Both the position numbers and the translations under genes were made by a program. A DNA stretch of 64,000 bases from Burkholderiales bacterium (GTDB lineage Bacteria; Pseudomonadota; Gammaproteobacteria; Burkholderiales; SG8-39). Under the pieces are notes generated by a model. That model ran no database searches. It saw only the letters and a program-made list of their open reading frames with translations, and was not told where the DNA came from. Position 1 is the first letter of the stretch, and every line of letters starts with the position of its first letter. Shown piece by piece: positions 26,174 to 35,811 of this stretch. Location of the stretch: contig JBASCW010000038.1 of assembly GCA_049651845.1 (NCBI GenBank), positions 3,543-67,542 on the forward strand. The letters are read 5' to 3'.

Positions 26174-27261
26174 GACCGGCGCTGCACGAGCGCCGCGGCG
26201 AGGTCGCGATGCGCCCGGCGCAGCAGTTCCTCGGTGCTCGCCCAATCGATGCAGGGGTCGGTGACCGAGACGCCGTAGCGCAATTGCCTGCGATCCTCGG
26301 GGATCGGCTGGCTGCCGGCCTCGATATTCGACTCCAGCATCATCCCCACGATGGACCGGTTGCCCTCCAGGATCTGGTGCGCGCAGTCATTGAACACCAG
26401 CGGCTGCAGCGTATGGTCCTTCATGGAGTTCGCGTGCGAGCAGTCGACGACGATGTTCGGCGCGAGCTTCGCCTTGGCGAGCCCCTGTTCGGCCAGGCGC
26501 ACGCTCACGGTGTCGTAGTTCGGCCGCCCGCCGCCGCCGCGCAGCACCAGGTGGCCGTACCGGTTGCCGCGGGAGCGGATCACGCTGGTCTTGCCCGCGC
26601 TGTTCACGCCGAGAAAGCCGTGCGGCAGCGCCGCCGACTTGATGGCGTTGATCGCCACCTCCAGCCCGCCGTCGGTGCCGTTCTTGAATCCGACCGGCGC
26701 CGACAGCCCGCTCGCCATCTCGCGGTGCGTCTGCGACTCGGTGGTGCGCGCGCCGATCGCATACCAGGAGATCAGCTCGGAGAGGTACTGCGGGCAGATG
26801 GGATCGAGCGCCTCGGAGCCGGTGGGCAGGCCCAGCTCGGCCAGCTGCATCAGCAGCGTCCGCGCGCGCGCGATCCCTTCGTCGATGCGGAACGAATCGT
26901 CCATGAACGGATCGTTGACGAAGCCCTTCCAGCCGACCGAGGTACGCGGCTTCTCGAAATACACGCGCATCACCACCACCAGCGAGTCGCGCACTTCGTC
27001 GGCCAGGCGCTTCAGGCGGCGCGCGTAATCGAGCGCGGCCTGCGGATCGTGGATCGAGCAGGGCCCGACCACCACGAACAGGCGCGGATCCCTGCGCTCG
27101 AGGATCGCGCGCAGCGCGTCGCGCCCCGCGCGCACGGTTGCGGCCGCGGCGTCGCTGAGCGGAATGCGGTTGTGGATCTCGTCGGGCGACGGGATCTCGG
27201 TCATCTGCTCGACGTTGACGTTGTCGAGCAGGCTCTCCAGCGCGCTGCGGGGACGATTCAT
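26170..27261 (-). CDS. 3-deoxy-7-phosphoheptulonate (DAHP) synthase, class I (AroG/F/H type)
   Basis: 363 aa from the ATG at 27261, with motifs VGPCSIHD, KPRTS and VDCSHANS. Its start overlaps the stop of the upstream monooxygenase gene (ATGA at 27258-27261). Confidence 0.9.
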   Translation of the reverse strand: MNRPRSALESLLDNVNVEQMTEIPSPDEIHNRIPLSDAAAATVRAGRDALRAILERRDPRLFVVVGPCSIHDPQAALDYARRLKRLADEVRDSLVVVMRVYFEKPRTSVGWKGFVNDPFMDDSFRIDEGIARARTLLMQLAELGLPTGSEALDPICPQYLSELISWYAIGARTTESQTHREMASGLSAPVGFKNGTDGGLEVAINAIKSAALPHGFLGVNSAGKTSVIRSRGNRYGHLVLRGGGGRPNYDTVSVRLAEQGLAKAKLAPNIVVDCSHANSMKDHTLQPLVFNDCAHQILEGNRSIVGMMLESNIEAGSQPIPEDRRQLRYGVSVTDPCIDWASTEELLRRAHRDLAAALVQRRS

Positions 27262-28460
27262 GGCTTCCCGGTGTCCTGCAGCCGGCCGTCCGGCTCGATG
27301 CCGCGGTACAGCCAGTCTGCTTCCCAGGGATCGTCCGGATCGCGCCCGCGCGCGAGCTCGTTGCGCAGCTCGCGGGCGCCGCCGCCGACGTGGAACCATT
27401 CGCCGAAGAAACGCGACGACAGCACCACGCGCGCGGTGCGGTTCATGCGCTCGCGCTGGTAGGCGAGGAAGGCACGGTGGTAGTCCTCGCCCGTCGCGGC
27501 GACCTTCTCGGCCAGCACCACCGCGTCCTCGATCGCCATCTGCGCGCCCTGCGCGAGGTACTGCAGCGTCGGGTGCGCCGCGTCGCCGAGCAGCGTGACG
27601 CGGCCGTCGGTCCAGTTGGTCGCGGGTTCGCGGTCGTGCAGCACCCAGTTGCGCTCGCGCGAGACGTAGCGCAGGTTGTCGCGCACGCGCGCGTGCGTCT
27701 GCGCGAAGATTTCCTCCAGTTCATCGGGCGCACCCGCATTCGCCTCGCCGCGCCGGAAGCGCCGGCTGGCGATGGTGGCCACGTTGTTCATCACGCTGCC
27801 GCCGCGCAGCCGGTACTGTACGAGGTGCAGGTCCGGCCCGCCCCAGATGGTCATGGTGTTGACGCGGCTGCGGTCGGCGATCTGCTCGTCGGGCACAACG
27901 CCGCGGTAGACGTAGTGCCCTGCCATGCGCGGCGCGCCGTCGCCGATCACGGCCTGGCGCGTGGGCGACCACAGGCCATCGGCGCCGATCAGCGCCGCGC
28001 CTTCATAGCTCGCGCCGTTTTCGCATAGGACGGTAACGTGGTCGCCCCGTTGACCAAATGCCTTCAGACCTCTTGAAGCCTCAAGAACGATCTCCTCGCG
28101 CTGCTTGCACGCCTGCAGCAGGCCGCCGTGCAGGTCGCGCCGGTGGATGACGAAATAGCGGAACTGGTAGCGTTCGAGGAACGCCTTGCCGAGCGAGATG
28201 CGGCTCAGCTCCTCGTTGGTGAGCGCGTCGGCGAAGATCAGCGCCTCGGGAAACACCGAGGCGGGCTCGAGCGCCTGGAGCACGCCCAGGCGGTCGAGCA
28301 TGCGCGCGACGTTGGGCCCCATCTGGATGCCGTAGCCGATCTCGCCGAATTCGGCCGCCTTCTCGAGCACGCGCACGCGCCGGCCCTTGAGCGCCAGCGC
28401 GAGCGCCGCGGCCAGCCCGCCGATGCCGCCGCCCGCAATCAGTATCTCGCGCCCGCTCAT
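27258..28460 (-). CDS. FAD-dependent aromatic-ring monooxygenase (salicylate / 3-hydroxybenzoate hydroxylase family)
   Basis: 400 aa with the GxGxxG motif (ILIAGGGIGGLAAALAL) and the motifs GADGLWS and GDAAHP. Confidence 0.85.
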   Translation of the reverse strand: MSGREILIAGGGIGGLAAALALALKGRRVRVLEKAAEFGEIGYGIQMGPNVARMLDRLGVLQALEPASVFPEALIFADALTNEELSRISLGKAFLERYQFRYFVIHRRDLHGGLLQACKQREEIVLEASRGLKAFGQRGDHVTVLCENGASYEGAALIGADGLWSPTRQAVIGDGAPRMAGHYVYRGVVPDEQIADRSRVNTMTIWGGPDLHLVQYRLRGGSVMNNVATIASRRFRRGEANAGAPDELEEIFAQTHARVRDNLRYVSRERNWVLHDREPATNWTDGRVTLLGDAAHPTLQYLAQGAQMAIEDAVVLAEKVAATGEDYHRAFLAYQRERMNRTARVVLSSRFFGEWFHVGGGARELRNELARGRDPDDPWEADWLYRGIEPDGRLQDTGKP

Positions 28461-28505
28461 GGTTACGCGCTATCCTTTGCCTTCGAATTCTCGTGGAGAA
28501 AGACG

Positions 28506-29474
28506 ATGCTGTTGGCTCGGTCTATCCTGGCTGCCGCGGTCCTGATGTTGTCTTGCGCGGCGCAGGCGCAAGTGTACCCCGCCAAACCCGTGCGCCTCAT
28601 CGTGCCCTACCCCGCGGGCGGCGGCACGGACTTCTTCGCGCGCGTCGTGGGCGCGCAGCTCGCCATCCAGTTCGGCCAGCCTGTGGTGGTCGAGAACAAG
28701 CCGGGCGCGGCCACCATCGTCGGCGCCGAAGCAGCCGCGAAATCGCCCGCCGACGGCTACACGCTGCTGCTCGGCGACACCGCGACTTTCGCGGTGAATC
28801 CCTCGCTCTACAAGAAGCTGCCGTACGATCCGAGCAAGGACCTGACGCCGGTGACGATGACCGGGCGATTCGCGCTGCTGCTCGTCGTCAATCCGGCGAA
28901 GCTGAAAGTCCGCTCGGTATATGACCTGGTCGAAACGGCGAAGCAGGCGTCAGGCAGGATCGACTACGCCTCGCCCGGGCCCGGCAGCCCGCACCACCTC
29001 GCGATGGAGATGTTCAGGCAGCGCACGGGCGTGGAGTTCACGCACGTGCCCTACAAGGGCGCGGCGCCCGCGGTCCAGGACCTGCTTGCGGGCCAGGTGT
29101 CGCTGATGTTTCTCGACCTGGCCGCCGGCGCGCCGCAGATCAAGGCCGGCAAGCTGCGTGCGCTCGCCGTCGCGAGCGACAAGCGCATTGCCGCGCTGCC
29201 GGATCTGCCGACGATCGCCGAATCGGGCCCGAAGGACTTCGAAGCCTGGGCCTGGCAGATGCTCGCCGTTCCCGAAAATACGCCGCGCGACATCGTCAAC
29301 CGGATCAACGCCGAGTACCGCAAGGCGATCGCCATGCCGGAGCTGCGCCAGAAGCTCATCGACGCCGGCATCGATCCGCTGCAAAGCTCGCCGCAGGACG
29401 CGAGCGCCTACATCCGCAGCGAGGCGCTGAAGTGGGCGAAAGTCATCAGCGAGGGGAGGATCCGTGTCGAATAG
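28506..29474 (+). CDS. Bug-family (TctC-like) tripartite tricarboxylate transporter substrate-binding protein
   Basis: 322 aa from the ATG at 28506 (GGAG SD upstream) with a signal peptide and the motif RLIVPYPAGGGTD. The track ORF is extended by 126 codons. Confidence 0.85.
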   Translation: MLLARSILAAAVLMLSCAAQAQVYPAKPVRLIVPYPAGGGTDFFARVVGAQLAIQFGQPVVVENKPGAATIVGAEAAAKSPADGYTLLLGDTATFAVNPSLYKKLPYDPSKDLTPVTMTGRFALLLVVNPAKLKVRSVYDLVETAKQASGRIDYASPGPGSPHHLAMEMFRQRTGVEFTHVPYKGAAPAVQDLLAGQVSLMFLDLAAGAPQIKAGKLRALAVASDKRIAALPDLPTIAESGPKDFEAWAWQMLAVPENTPRDIVNRINAEYRKAIAMPELRQKLIDAGIDPLQSSPQDASAYIRSEALKWAKVISEGRIRVE

Positions 29475-30432
29475 CGTAAAAGCCGTTGTCGCCTGCCTTG
29501 TTGCTCTGTGCGCCGCAGCCGCGCCCGGGTCGGCCGCCGCGCAAGGCAAGCCGATGCGCATGATCCTGCCCGTCAGCGCGGGCTCCGGCGTAGACACCAT
29601 CGCACGCGCGGCCAACGCGGCGCTCGCGAGAGCGTTCGGCCAGCCGGTGGTGATCGAGAATCTGCCGGGCGCGGGCGGCATCACCGGCACCGCGGCGATC
29701 GTCAAGGCGGCGCCGGACGGCGCGACGATCGGCCTGGTGTCCAACAACCACGTCATCAATCCGAGCGTCTACAAGTCGATGCCGTTCGACTCGGTCGAGG
29801 ACATCACGGCGATCGCGGTGATGGGCACGACGCCGTTCGTGCTGGTGGTCGGCGCGAAAGTGCCGGCGAAGAACGCCAAGGAGCTCATCGCCTTCCTCAA
29901 GGCGAAGCCCGGCGGCTACAACTACGCGTCCTCCGGCAACGGCACCATCATCCATCTCGCGGGCGAGATGTTCGTGGACCAGGCAGGCGTCGAGGTGCGG
30001 CACGTGCCCTACAAGGGCATGGGGCAGGCGATCACGGACGTTATCGGCGGCCAGGTGGAATGGGGCGTCGCGGCGCTGCCGGCGATCCAGGGCCACCTGA
30101 AGAGCGGCGCGCTGCGCGCGATCGGCCTGGGCGGCAAGGCGCGCACGCCGGCGGCGCCGGAGATCCCCACGCTCGCCGAGCAGGGGCTGCCGGATTACGA
30201 GTGCGAAGGCTGGTTCGCGGTGATCGGCCCGGCCAAGCTGCCGGCGGCGGAAGTGAAGCGCATCCACGCGGCGTTCGTTGCCGCCTTCGCGGAAGCGGAA
30301 GTCAGGGAGAACATGGCCAAGCAGGGCAACGTCATCAACCCAACCTCGCCCGAGGAGGCGGCCCGGTTCTTCCGCGCGGAGCTCGCGAAGTACGCGCGGC
30401 TGGTGAAGAAGGCGGGCGTCAAGCTGGACTGA
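29464..30432 (+). CDS. Bug-family (TctC-like) substrate-binding protein, second copy
   Basis: 322 aa with a GTG start, a signal peptide and the motif RMILPVSAGSGVD. It overlaps the previous gene by 11 nt. Confidence 0.85.
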   Translation: MSNSVKAVVACLVALCAAAAPGSAAAQGKPMRMILPVSAGSGVDTIARAANAALARAFGQPVVIENLPGAGGITGTAAIVKAAPDGATIGLVSNNHVINPSVYKSMPFDSVEDITAIAVMGTTPFVLVVGAKVPAKNAKELIAFLKAKPGGYNYASSGNGTIIHLAGEMFVDQAGVEVRHVPYKGMGQAITDVIGGQVEWGVAALPAIQGHLKSGALRAIGLGGKARTPAAPEIPTLAEQGLPDYECEGWFAVIGPAKLPAAEVKRIHAAFVAAFAEAEVRENMAKQGNVINPTSPEEAARFFRAELAKYARLVKKAGVKLD

Positions 30433-30437
30433 ACGCC

Positions 30438-31526
30438 GTGGCCTGGGACAACCCGATGGGCACCGACGGCTTCGAGTTCATCGAGTACGCCGCGCCGGAC
30501 CCGAAGGCGATGGGCTCGCTGTTCGAGCGCCTCGGCTTCAAGGCGATCGCGCGCCACCGGCACAAGAACGTGATTCTCTACCGCCAGGGCGGCATCAATT
30601 TCATCGTCAACGCCGAGCCAGACTCGTTCGCGCAGCGCTTCGCGCGCCAGCACGGCCCGAGCATCTGCGCGATCGCCTTCCGCGTGCAGGACGCGAAGAC
30701 CGCCTACGAGCGCGCGATCGCGCTCGGCGCCTGGGGCTACGCGGGGCACGCGGGTCCCGGCGAGCTCAACATCCCGGCGATCAAGGGCATCGGCGACTCG
30801 ATCGTCTACTTCATCGACCGCTGGCGCGGCAAGGGCGGCGCCAGGCCGGGCGACATCGGCGACATCGGCTTCTACGATGTGGACTTCGAGCCCCTTCCCG
30901 GCGCGGAGCTCGATCCGAAAGGGCACGGGCTGGTGACGATCGACCACCTCACGCACAACGTGCACAAGGGCCGCATGAAGGAGTGGGCGGAGTTCTACGA
31001 GCGCCTGTTCAATTTCCGCGAGATCCGCTACTTCGACATCGAGGGCCAGGTCACGGGCGTGAAGTCCAAGGCCATGACCAGCCCCTGCGGCAAGATCCGC
31101 ATCCCGATCAACGAGGAAGGCGGCGAGAAAGCGGGCCAGATCCAGGAGTACCTCGACCTCTACCACGGCGAGGGCATCCAGCACGTCGCGCTCGCTTCGA
31201 CCGACCTCTACGCCACCGTGGACGCGATGCGCGCCAAAAGCGTCAAGCTGCTCGACACCGTGGATACCTATTACGAGCTGGTGGACAAGCGCATCGCAGG
31301 CCATGGAGAGGATGTTTCGGAACTGAAGAAGAGGAAAATCCTCATCGACGGCAGGGCCGGCGCGCTGCTGCTGCAGATCTTCTCGGAAAACCAGCTCGGG
31401 CCGATCTTCTTCGAGTTCATCCAGAGGAAGGGCGACGAGGGCTTCGGCGAGGGCAATTTCAAGGCGCTGTTCGAGTCGATCGAGCTCGATCAGATGCGCC
31501 GCGGCGTGGTCAAGGCCAAGGAGTAG
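30438..31526 (+). CDS. hppD: 4-hydroxyphenylpyruvate dioxygenase
   Basis: Contains [13 protein letters not shown] near the N-terminus, plus HLTHNV, IQHVAL and [10 protein letters not shown] chose the GTG at 30438; an alternative ATG lies at 30456. The track ORF is over-extended from 29508. Confidence 0.9.
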   Translation: MAWDNPMGTDGFEFIEYAAPDPKAMGSLFERLGFKAIARHRHKNVILYRQGGINFIVNAEPDSFAQRFARQHGPSICAIAFRVQDAKTAYERAIALGAWGYAGHAGPGELNIPAIKGIGDSIVYFIDRWRGKGGARPGDIGDIGFYDVDFEPLPGAELDPKGHGLVTIDHLTHNVHKGRMKEWAEFYERLFNFREIRYFDIEGQVTGVKSKAMTSPCGKIRIPINEEGGEKAGQIQEYLDLYHGEGIQHVALASTDLYATVDAMRAKSVKLLDTVDTYYELVDKRIAGHGEDVSELKKRKILIDGRAGALLLQIFSENQLGPIFFEFIQRKGDEGFGEGNFKALFESIELDQMRRGVVKAKE

Positions 31527-31533
31527 GAATCAC

Positions 31534-32820
31534 GTGATCAAGCTCAAGTACCAGACCGGATTCGGCAACACGTTCTGCACGGAGGCGGTGCGCGGCGCGC
31601 TGCCGGTCGGGCAGAACTCGCCGCAGCGCGCGCCGCGCGGCCTCTACGCGGAGGTGCTGTCGTTCACCGCGTTCACCGCGCCGCGCGCGGAGAACCTCTC
31701 GGCCTGGGTCTACCGGCTGCGGCCCTCGGCGATGCAGGCGCCGTACCGGCGCGCCGCGAGCGGGCTGCTGCGCTCGGGCCCGTTCGCCGAAGTGGACGCG
31801 CCGCCGGACCGCCTGCGCTGGAGTCCGCTGCCGATGCCCTCGAAACGGGTGGACTTCGTGGAGGGGCTGACCACGATCGCCGGGTCGGGCGACCCCGCTT
31901 CGCAGCTGGGCATCGCGGCGCACGTCTACCGCGCGAACCGCTCGATGAGCGACCGCTATTTCAGCAACGCCGACGGCGAACTGATGCTCGTGCCGCAACT
32001 CGGCGGGTTGCTGCTGTTCACGGAGCTGGGAAAACTGGAAGTCCGGCCCGGCGAGATTGCGGTGATCCCGCGCGCCGTCAAGTTCAAGGTCCAGCTGCTG
32101 GAGAAGGCGGCGCGCGGCTACGTCTGCGAGAACTACGGCGCGCACTTCCGGCTGCCGGAGCTCGGGCCGATCGGCGCGCAGGGCCTCGCGCAGAGGCGCG
32201 ACTTCCAGGCGCCGGTCGCCGCCTACGAAGACCGCGGCGGCAAGTGCGAGCTCATCCACAAGTTCCTCGGCAAGCTGTGGATCGGCGAGGCGCGCCATTC
32301 GCCGCTGGACGTCGTCGCCTGGCACGGCAACGGCGCGCCCTACAAGTACGACCTCGCGCGCTTCATGGCGGTCAACACCGTGAGCTTCGACCACTCGGAC
32401 CCGTCCATCTTCACCGTGCTCACCTCGCCCTCGGGCTCACCGGGCGTGGCCAATTGCGACTTTGTGATCTTCCCGCCGCGCTGGCAAGTCGCCGAGCACA
32501 CGTTCCGCCCGCCCTGGTTCCACCGCAACGTGATGAGCGAGTTCATGGGCCTGGTGCGCGGCGCCTACGAATCGAAGGCCGAAGGCCTCCTGCCGGGCGG
32601 TATTTCGATCCACAACTGCATGCAGCCGCACGGCCCGGACCTGCCCACCTTCGCCAAGGGCAGCACGGTCGAGCTCAAGCCGCACCGCATCGAGAATTCG
32701 CTCGCCTTCATGTGGGAATCGCGCTACGTGTTCCGGCCGACCCGGTTCGCGCTCGGCTCACCGCAGCTGCAGAAGAACTACGACGCGGTCTGGGACGGCT
32801 TCAAGAAGCACTTCAAGTGA
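31534..32820 (+). CDS. hmgA: Homogentisate 1,2-dioxygenase
   Basis: 428 aa with the family-typical N-terminus [26 protein letters not shown]. Confidence 0.9.
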   Translation: MIKLKYQTGFGNTFCTEAVRGALPVGQNSPQRAPRGLYAEVLSFTAFTAPRAENLSAWVYRLRPSAMQAPYRRAASGLLRSGPFAEVDAPPDRLRWSPLPMPSKRVDFVEGLTTIAGSGDPASQLGIAAHVYRANRSMSDRYFSNADGELMLVPQLGGLLLFTELGKLEVRPGEIAVIPRAVKFKVQLLEKAARGYVCENYGAHFRLPELGPIGAQGLAQRRDFQAPVAAYEDRGGKCELIHKFLGKLWIGEARHSPLDVVAWHGNGAPYKYDLARFMAVNTVSFDHSDPSIFTVLTSPSGSPGVANCDFVIFPPRWQVAEHTFRPPWFHRNVMSEFMGLVRGAYESKAEGLLPGGISIHNCMQPHGPDLPTFAKGSTVELKPHRIENSLAFMWESRYVFRPTRFALGSPQLQKNYDAVWDGFKKHFK

Positions 32821-34088
32821 CCCGCCTGGACGCCACGCACGACCCCAAGCTGCAGAGCTGGGTCGAGTCGGCCAATGATCCGACAGGTGACTTTCCGATT
32901 CAGAATCTCCCCTTTGGTGTTTTCAGGAGAAGGAATACATCTGCAGCTCCTCGCGGCGGCGTCGCCATCGGCGACCAGATCCTCGATCTCGCCGCGGTGG
33001 GGCTCCAGACCGGCCCGAACCTGAACCGGCTGGCCGCGGCCGGCCGTCCCGCCTGGAAATCCCTGAGGGCAGTCCTGTCGAAGGCGCTCTCGGACACGAA
33101 ACAGAGAAAACGTTTCTCTAAATTCCTCGTACCCCGCAAGGACGCGCAGCTGTTCCTGCCGGTGGAGATCGGCGACTACAGCGATTTCTACGCCGGCATC
33201 TACCACGCGCAGAACGCAGGGCGCCTGTTCCGCCCGGACAACCCGCTGCTGCCGAACTACCACTGGGTGCCGATCGGCTACCACGGCCGCGCCTCGTCGG
33301 TGGTGGTGAGCGGCACGCCGGTGGTGCGGCCGAACGGTCAGAGCCGTGGCCAGACCAGCGCGCCGGACGCTCCGCCGTCCTTCGGCCCGAGCCGGCGGCT
33401 CGATTTCGAGCTCGAGCTCGGCGCGGTCATCGGGCCGGGCAATGCGCTCGGCCGGCCGGTGCCGATCGCGAAGGCGGCCGACCACGTGTTCGGCGTGACC
33501 CTGTTCAACGACTGGTCGGCGCGCGACCTCCAAGCTTGGGAGTACCAGCCGCTCGGGCCCTTCCTCGCCAAGAGCTTCGCCTCCACGATGTCGCCGTGGA
33601 TCGTCACCCTGGAGGCGCTCGAGCCCTTCCGCTGCAGGGCGTTTCCCCGTCCGGGCGATCAGCCCGCTCCGCTGCCCTACCTGTCCGATGAATGGGATCA
33701 GAAGAACGGGAATTTCGACATCCAGCTCGAAGCGCACCTTCGAACCGGGAAGATGCGGCGGCCGCACTGCCTATCGCGCAGCAATTTCCGCCACGCGTAC
33801 TGGACGCTCGCGCAGATCGTGGCGCACCAGGCCTCGAACGGCTGCAACCTCAGGCCGGGCGACCTGCTCGGCTCGGGCACCATCTCGGGACCTGCGCCGG
33901 ACGCCCTGGGCGCGCTCCTGGAGATGACGCAGGGCGGCAAGCAGCCGGTTCAGCTTCCGGGCGGCGAGACGCGGACCTTCCTCGAGGACGGCGACGAAGT
34001 GATCCTGCGCGGGCGCTGCGAGCGGTCGGGTTTCGTCTCGATCGGCTTCGGCGAAGCTGCAGGACGGGTCAAGCCCGCGCCGAAGTAG
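32817..34088 (+). CDS. fahA: Fumarylacetoacetase
   Basis: 423 aa from a GTG overlapping the hmgA stop (GTGA). It contains [12 protein letters not shown] and the FAH-domain motif ([13 protein letters not shown]). Confidence 0.9.
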   Translation: MTRLDATHDPKLQSWVESANDPTGDFPIQNLPFGVFRRRNTSAAPRGGVAIGDQILDLAAVGLQTGPNLNRLAAAGRPAWKSLRAVLSKALSDTKQRKRFSKFLVPRKDAQLFLPVEIGDYSDFYAGIYHAQNAGRLFRPDNPLLPNYHWVPIGYHGRASSVVVSGTPVVRPNGQSRGQTSAPDAPPSFGPSRRLDFELELGAVIGPGNALGRPVPIAKAADHVFGVTLFNDWSARDLQAWEYQPLGPFLAKSFASTMSPWIVTLEALEPFRCRAFPRPGDQPAPLPYLSDEWDQKNGNFDIQLEAHLRTGKMRRPHCLSRSNFRHAYWTLAQIVAHQASNGCNLRPGDLLGSGTISGPAPDALGALLEMTQGGKQPVQLPGGETRTFLEDGDEVILRGRCERSGFVSIGFGEAAGRVKPAPK

Positions 34089-34862
34089 CTACCAGCCCGG
34101 CTTGCGTTTCTCGAGGAAGGCGCGGATGCCCTCGCGCGCCTCGTCGCCGTCGCGCGCAGCCACGAATACCGCCGCGGTCTCGGCGCCGAGCTTCGGCGAA
34201 ATCTGCGCCTTGCCGACCTTGGCGAGCAGCTTCTTCGAGCGCGCGAGCGCCTGCGGTCCTGCGAGTGCGAGCTGCGCGGCGAACTTCTCCACGCGCGCGT
34301 CGAGCTCGGCAGCCGGCACGCAGTCGTGCACGAAGCCGATGCGCTGCGCCTCGCGCGCGCCCAGGCGCTCGCCGGTCAGCATGTAGCGCCGGACCTGCTG
34401 CTCGCCGAGCGCACGCACGATGTAGGGACCGATCATGGCCGCCACCAGGCCGATGCGCACTTCCGGCAGGCAGAACTCGGCCTCCTCGGCGGCGACGACG
34501 AGGTCGCACACCGCCGCGAGGCCCATGCCGCCCGCGAACGCGGGGCCATGCACGCGCGCGATGAGCGGCTTGGGATAGCCGTGCATGCGATAGAGCAGGC
34601 CGGCAAAGCGCGTGCCCTCGGCCTTCGCCTTCGCGCGTGCCATCCTGGCCGCCTGCTCCATGCGCGCGAGGTCGCCGCCCGCGCAGAACGCCGTGCCGCG
34701 CCCCGCGAGCACCACGACGCGCACCGCTTTCTCTGTTTCCAGTTCTTTCAGTTGCTGGGCCAGAGCAGCCTGCACTTCGCCATTCAGCGCGTTGCGCTGA
34801 TCCGGGCGGTTGAGCCAGAGCCAGGCGGCCGGGCCGCGCCGCTCGATTTCCAGCACGGGCAT
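34089..34862 (-). CDS. Enoyl-CoA hydratase/isomerase family protein
   Basis: 257 aa (MPVLEIERRG...) with a crotonase fold (GRGTAFCAGGDL, GPAFAGGMGLA). Its start overlaps the upstream stop. The track ORF to 35951 is an artefact. Confidence 0.85.
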   Translation of the reverse strand: MPVLEIERRGPAAWLWLNRPDQRNALNGEVQAALAQQLKELETEKAVRVVVLAGRGTAFCAGGDLARMEQAARMARAKAKAEGTRFAGLLYRMHGYPKPLIARVHGPAFAGGMGLAAVCDLVVAAEEAEFCLPEVRIGLVAAMIGPYIVRALGEQQVRRYMLTGERLGAREAQRIGFVHDCVPAAELDARVEKFAAQLALAGPQALARSKKLLAKVGKAQISPKLGAETAAVFVAARDGDEAREGIRAFLEKRKPGW

Positions 34863-35806
34863 CAGTTGATCTGCAGCCGCTGCCGCGCGGCGACGTACTC
34901 TGCCGCGAGCCGGTCCACCACCTGCGCGACCGGCGCCACGGCGTCGATCTGGCCCACGCCCTGGCCGGCGCTCCAGATGTCGCGCCAGACCTTCTTCTCG
35001 GCGCCGCCCTCGGTGCCGAAATTCATCTTCTTCGGGTCCGATTTCGGCAGGTTCAGTGGGTCGTAGCCCGCGGCAACGACGCTGTGCTTGAGGTAGTTGC
35101 CGTGCACGCCGGAGAACAGATCGGTGTAGACGATGTCGGCGGCGGCCGCGCGCAGGATCTCTTCCTTGTAGCGCTCGGGCACGCTCGCCTCGGGCGTGGC
35201 GAGGAAGCGCGTGCCGAGGTAGGCGAGGTCCGCGCCCGCGGCCTGCGCCGCGAGGATCGCGTCGCCGCTCGAGATCGCGCCCGAGAGCACGATCGGCCCG
35301 TCGAAGAAGCGCCGCACTTCGCCGATCAGCGCAAACGGCGACAGCGTGCCGGCGTGGCCGCCCGCGCCCGCGCAGACCAGGATCAGGCCGTCGACGCCCG
35401 CTTCCAGCGCCTTCTCGGCGTGCCGCACGCTGATCACGTCGTGCAGCACGATGCCGCCGTAGGCGTGGATCTTCGGGATCACGTCGTTGGGCGCGCGCAG
35501 GCTGGTGATCGTGATCGGCACCTTGTGGCGGATGCAGGCCTCGATATCGTGCTCGAGGCGGTCGTTCGACTTGTGGCAGATCTGGTTGACCGCGAACGGC
35601 GCCGCGCCCGGCTGCGCGGCGAGCGCGGTCTCGATCTCGGTGAGCCAGGTGTCGAGCGCCTCTTTCGGCCGCGCGTTGAGCGCCGGGAACGAGCCGACGA
35701 TGCCGGCCTTGCACTGCTCGATGACCAGTCTTGGATTGCCGGCGATGAACATCGGCGCGCCGATCACCGGAATGCGCAGGCGCCGCAGGACCGCGGGCAG
35801 GGCCAT
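34862..35806 (-). CDS. Nitronate monooxygenase (NMO / 2-nitropropane dioxygenase-like, FMN-dependent)
   Basis: 314 aa with the motifs IPVIGAPMF and GAGGHAG. Confidence 0.8.
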   Translation of the reverse strand: MALPAVLRRLRIPVIGAPMFIAGNPRLVIEQCKAGIVGSFPALNARPKEALDTWLTEIETALAAQPGAAPFAVNQICHKSNDRLEHDIEACIRHKVPITITSLRAPNDVIPKIHAYGGIVLHDVISVRHAEKALEAGVDGLILVCAGAGGHAGTLSPFALIGEVRRFFDGPIVLSGAISSGDAILAAQAAGADLAYLGTRFLATPEASVPERYKEEILRAAAADIVYTDLFSGVHGNYLKHSVVAAGYDPLNLPKSDPKKMNFGTEGGAEKKVWRDIWSAGQGVGQIDAVAPVAQVVDRLAAEYVAARQRLQIN

Positions 35807-35811
35807 GTCGA

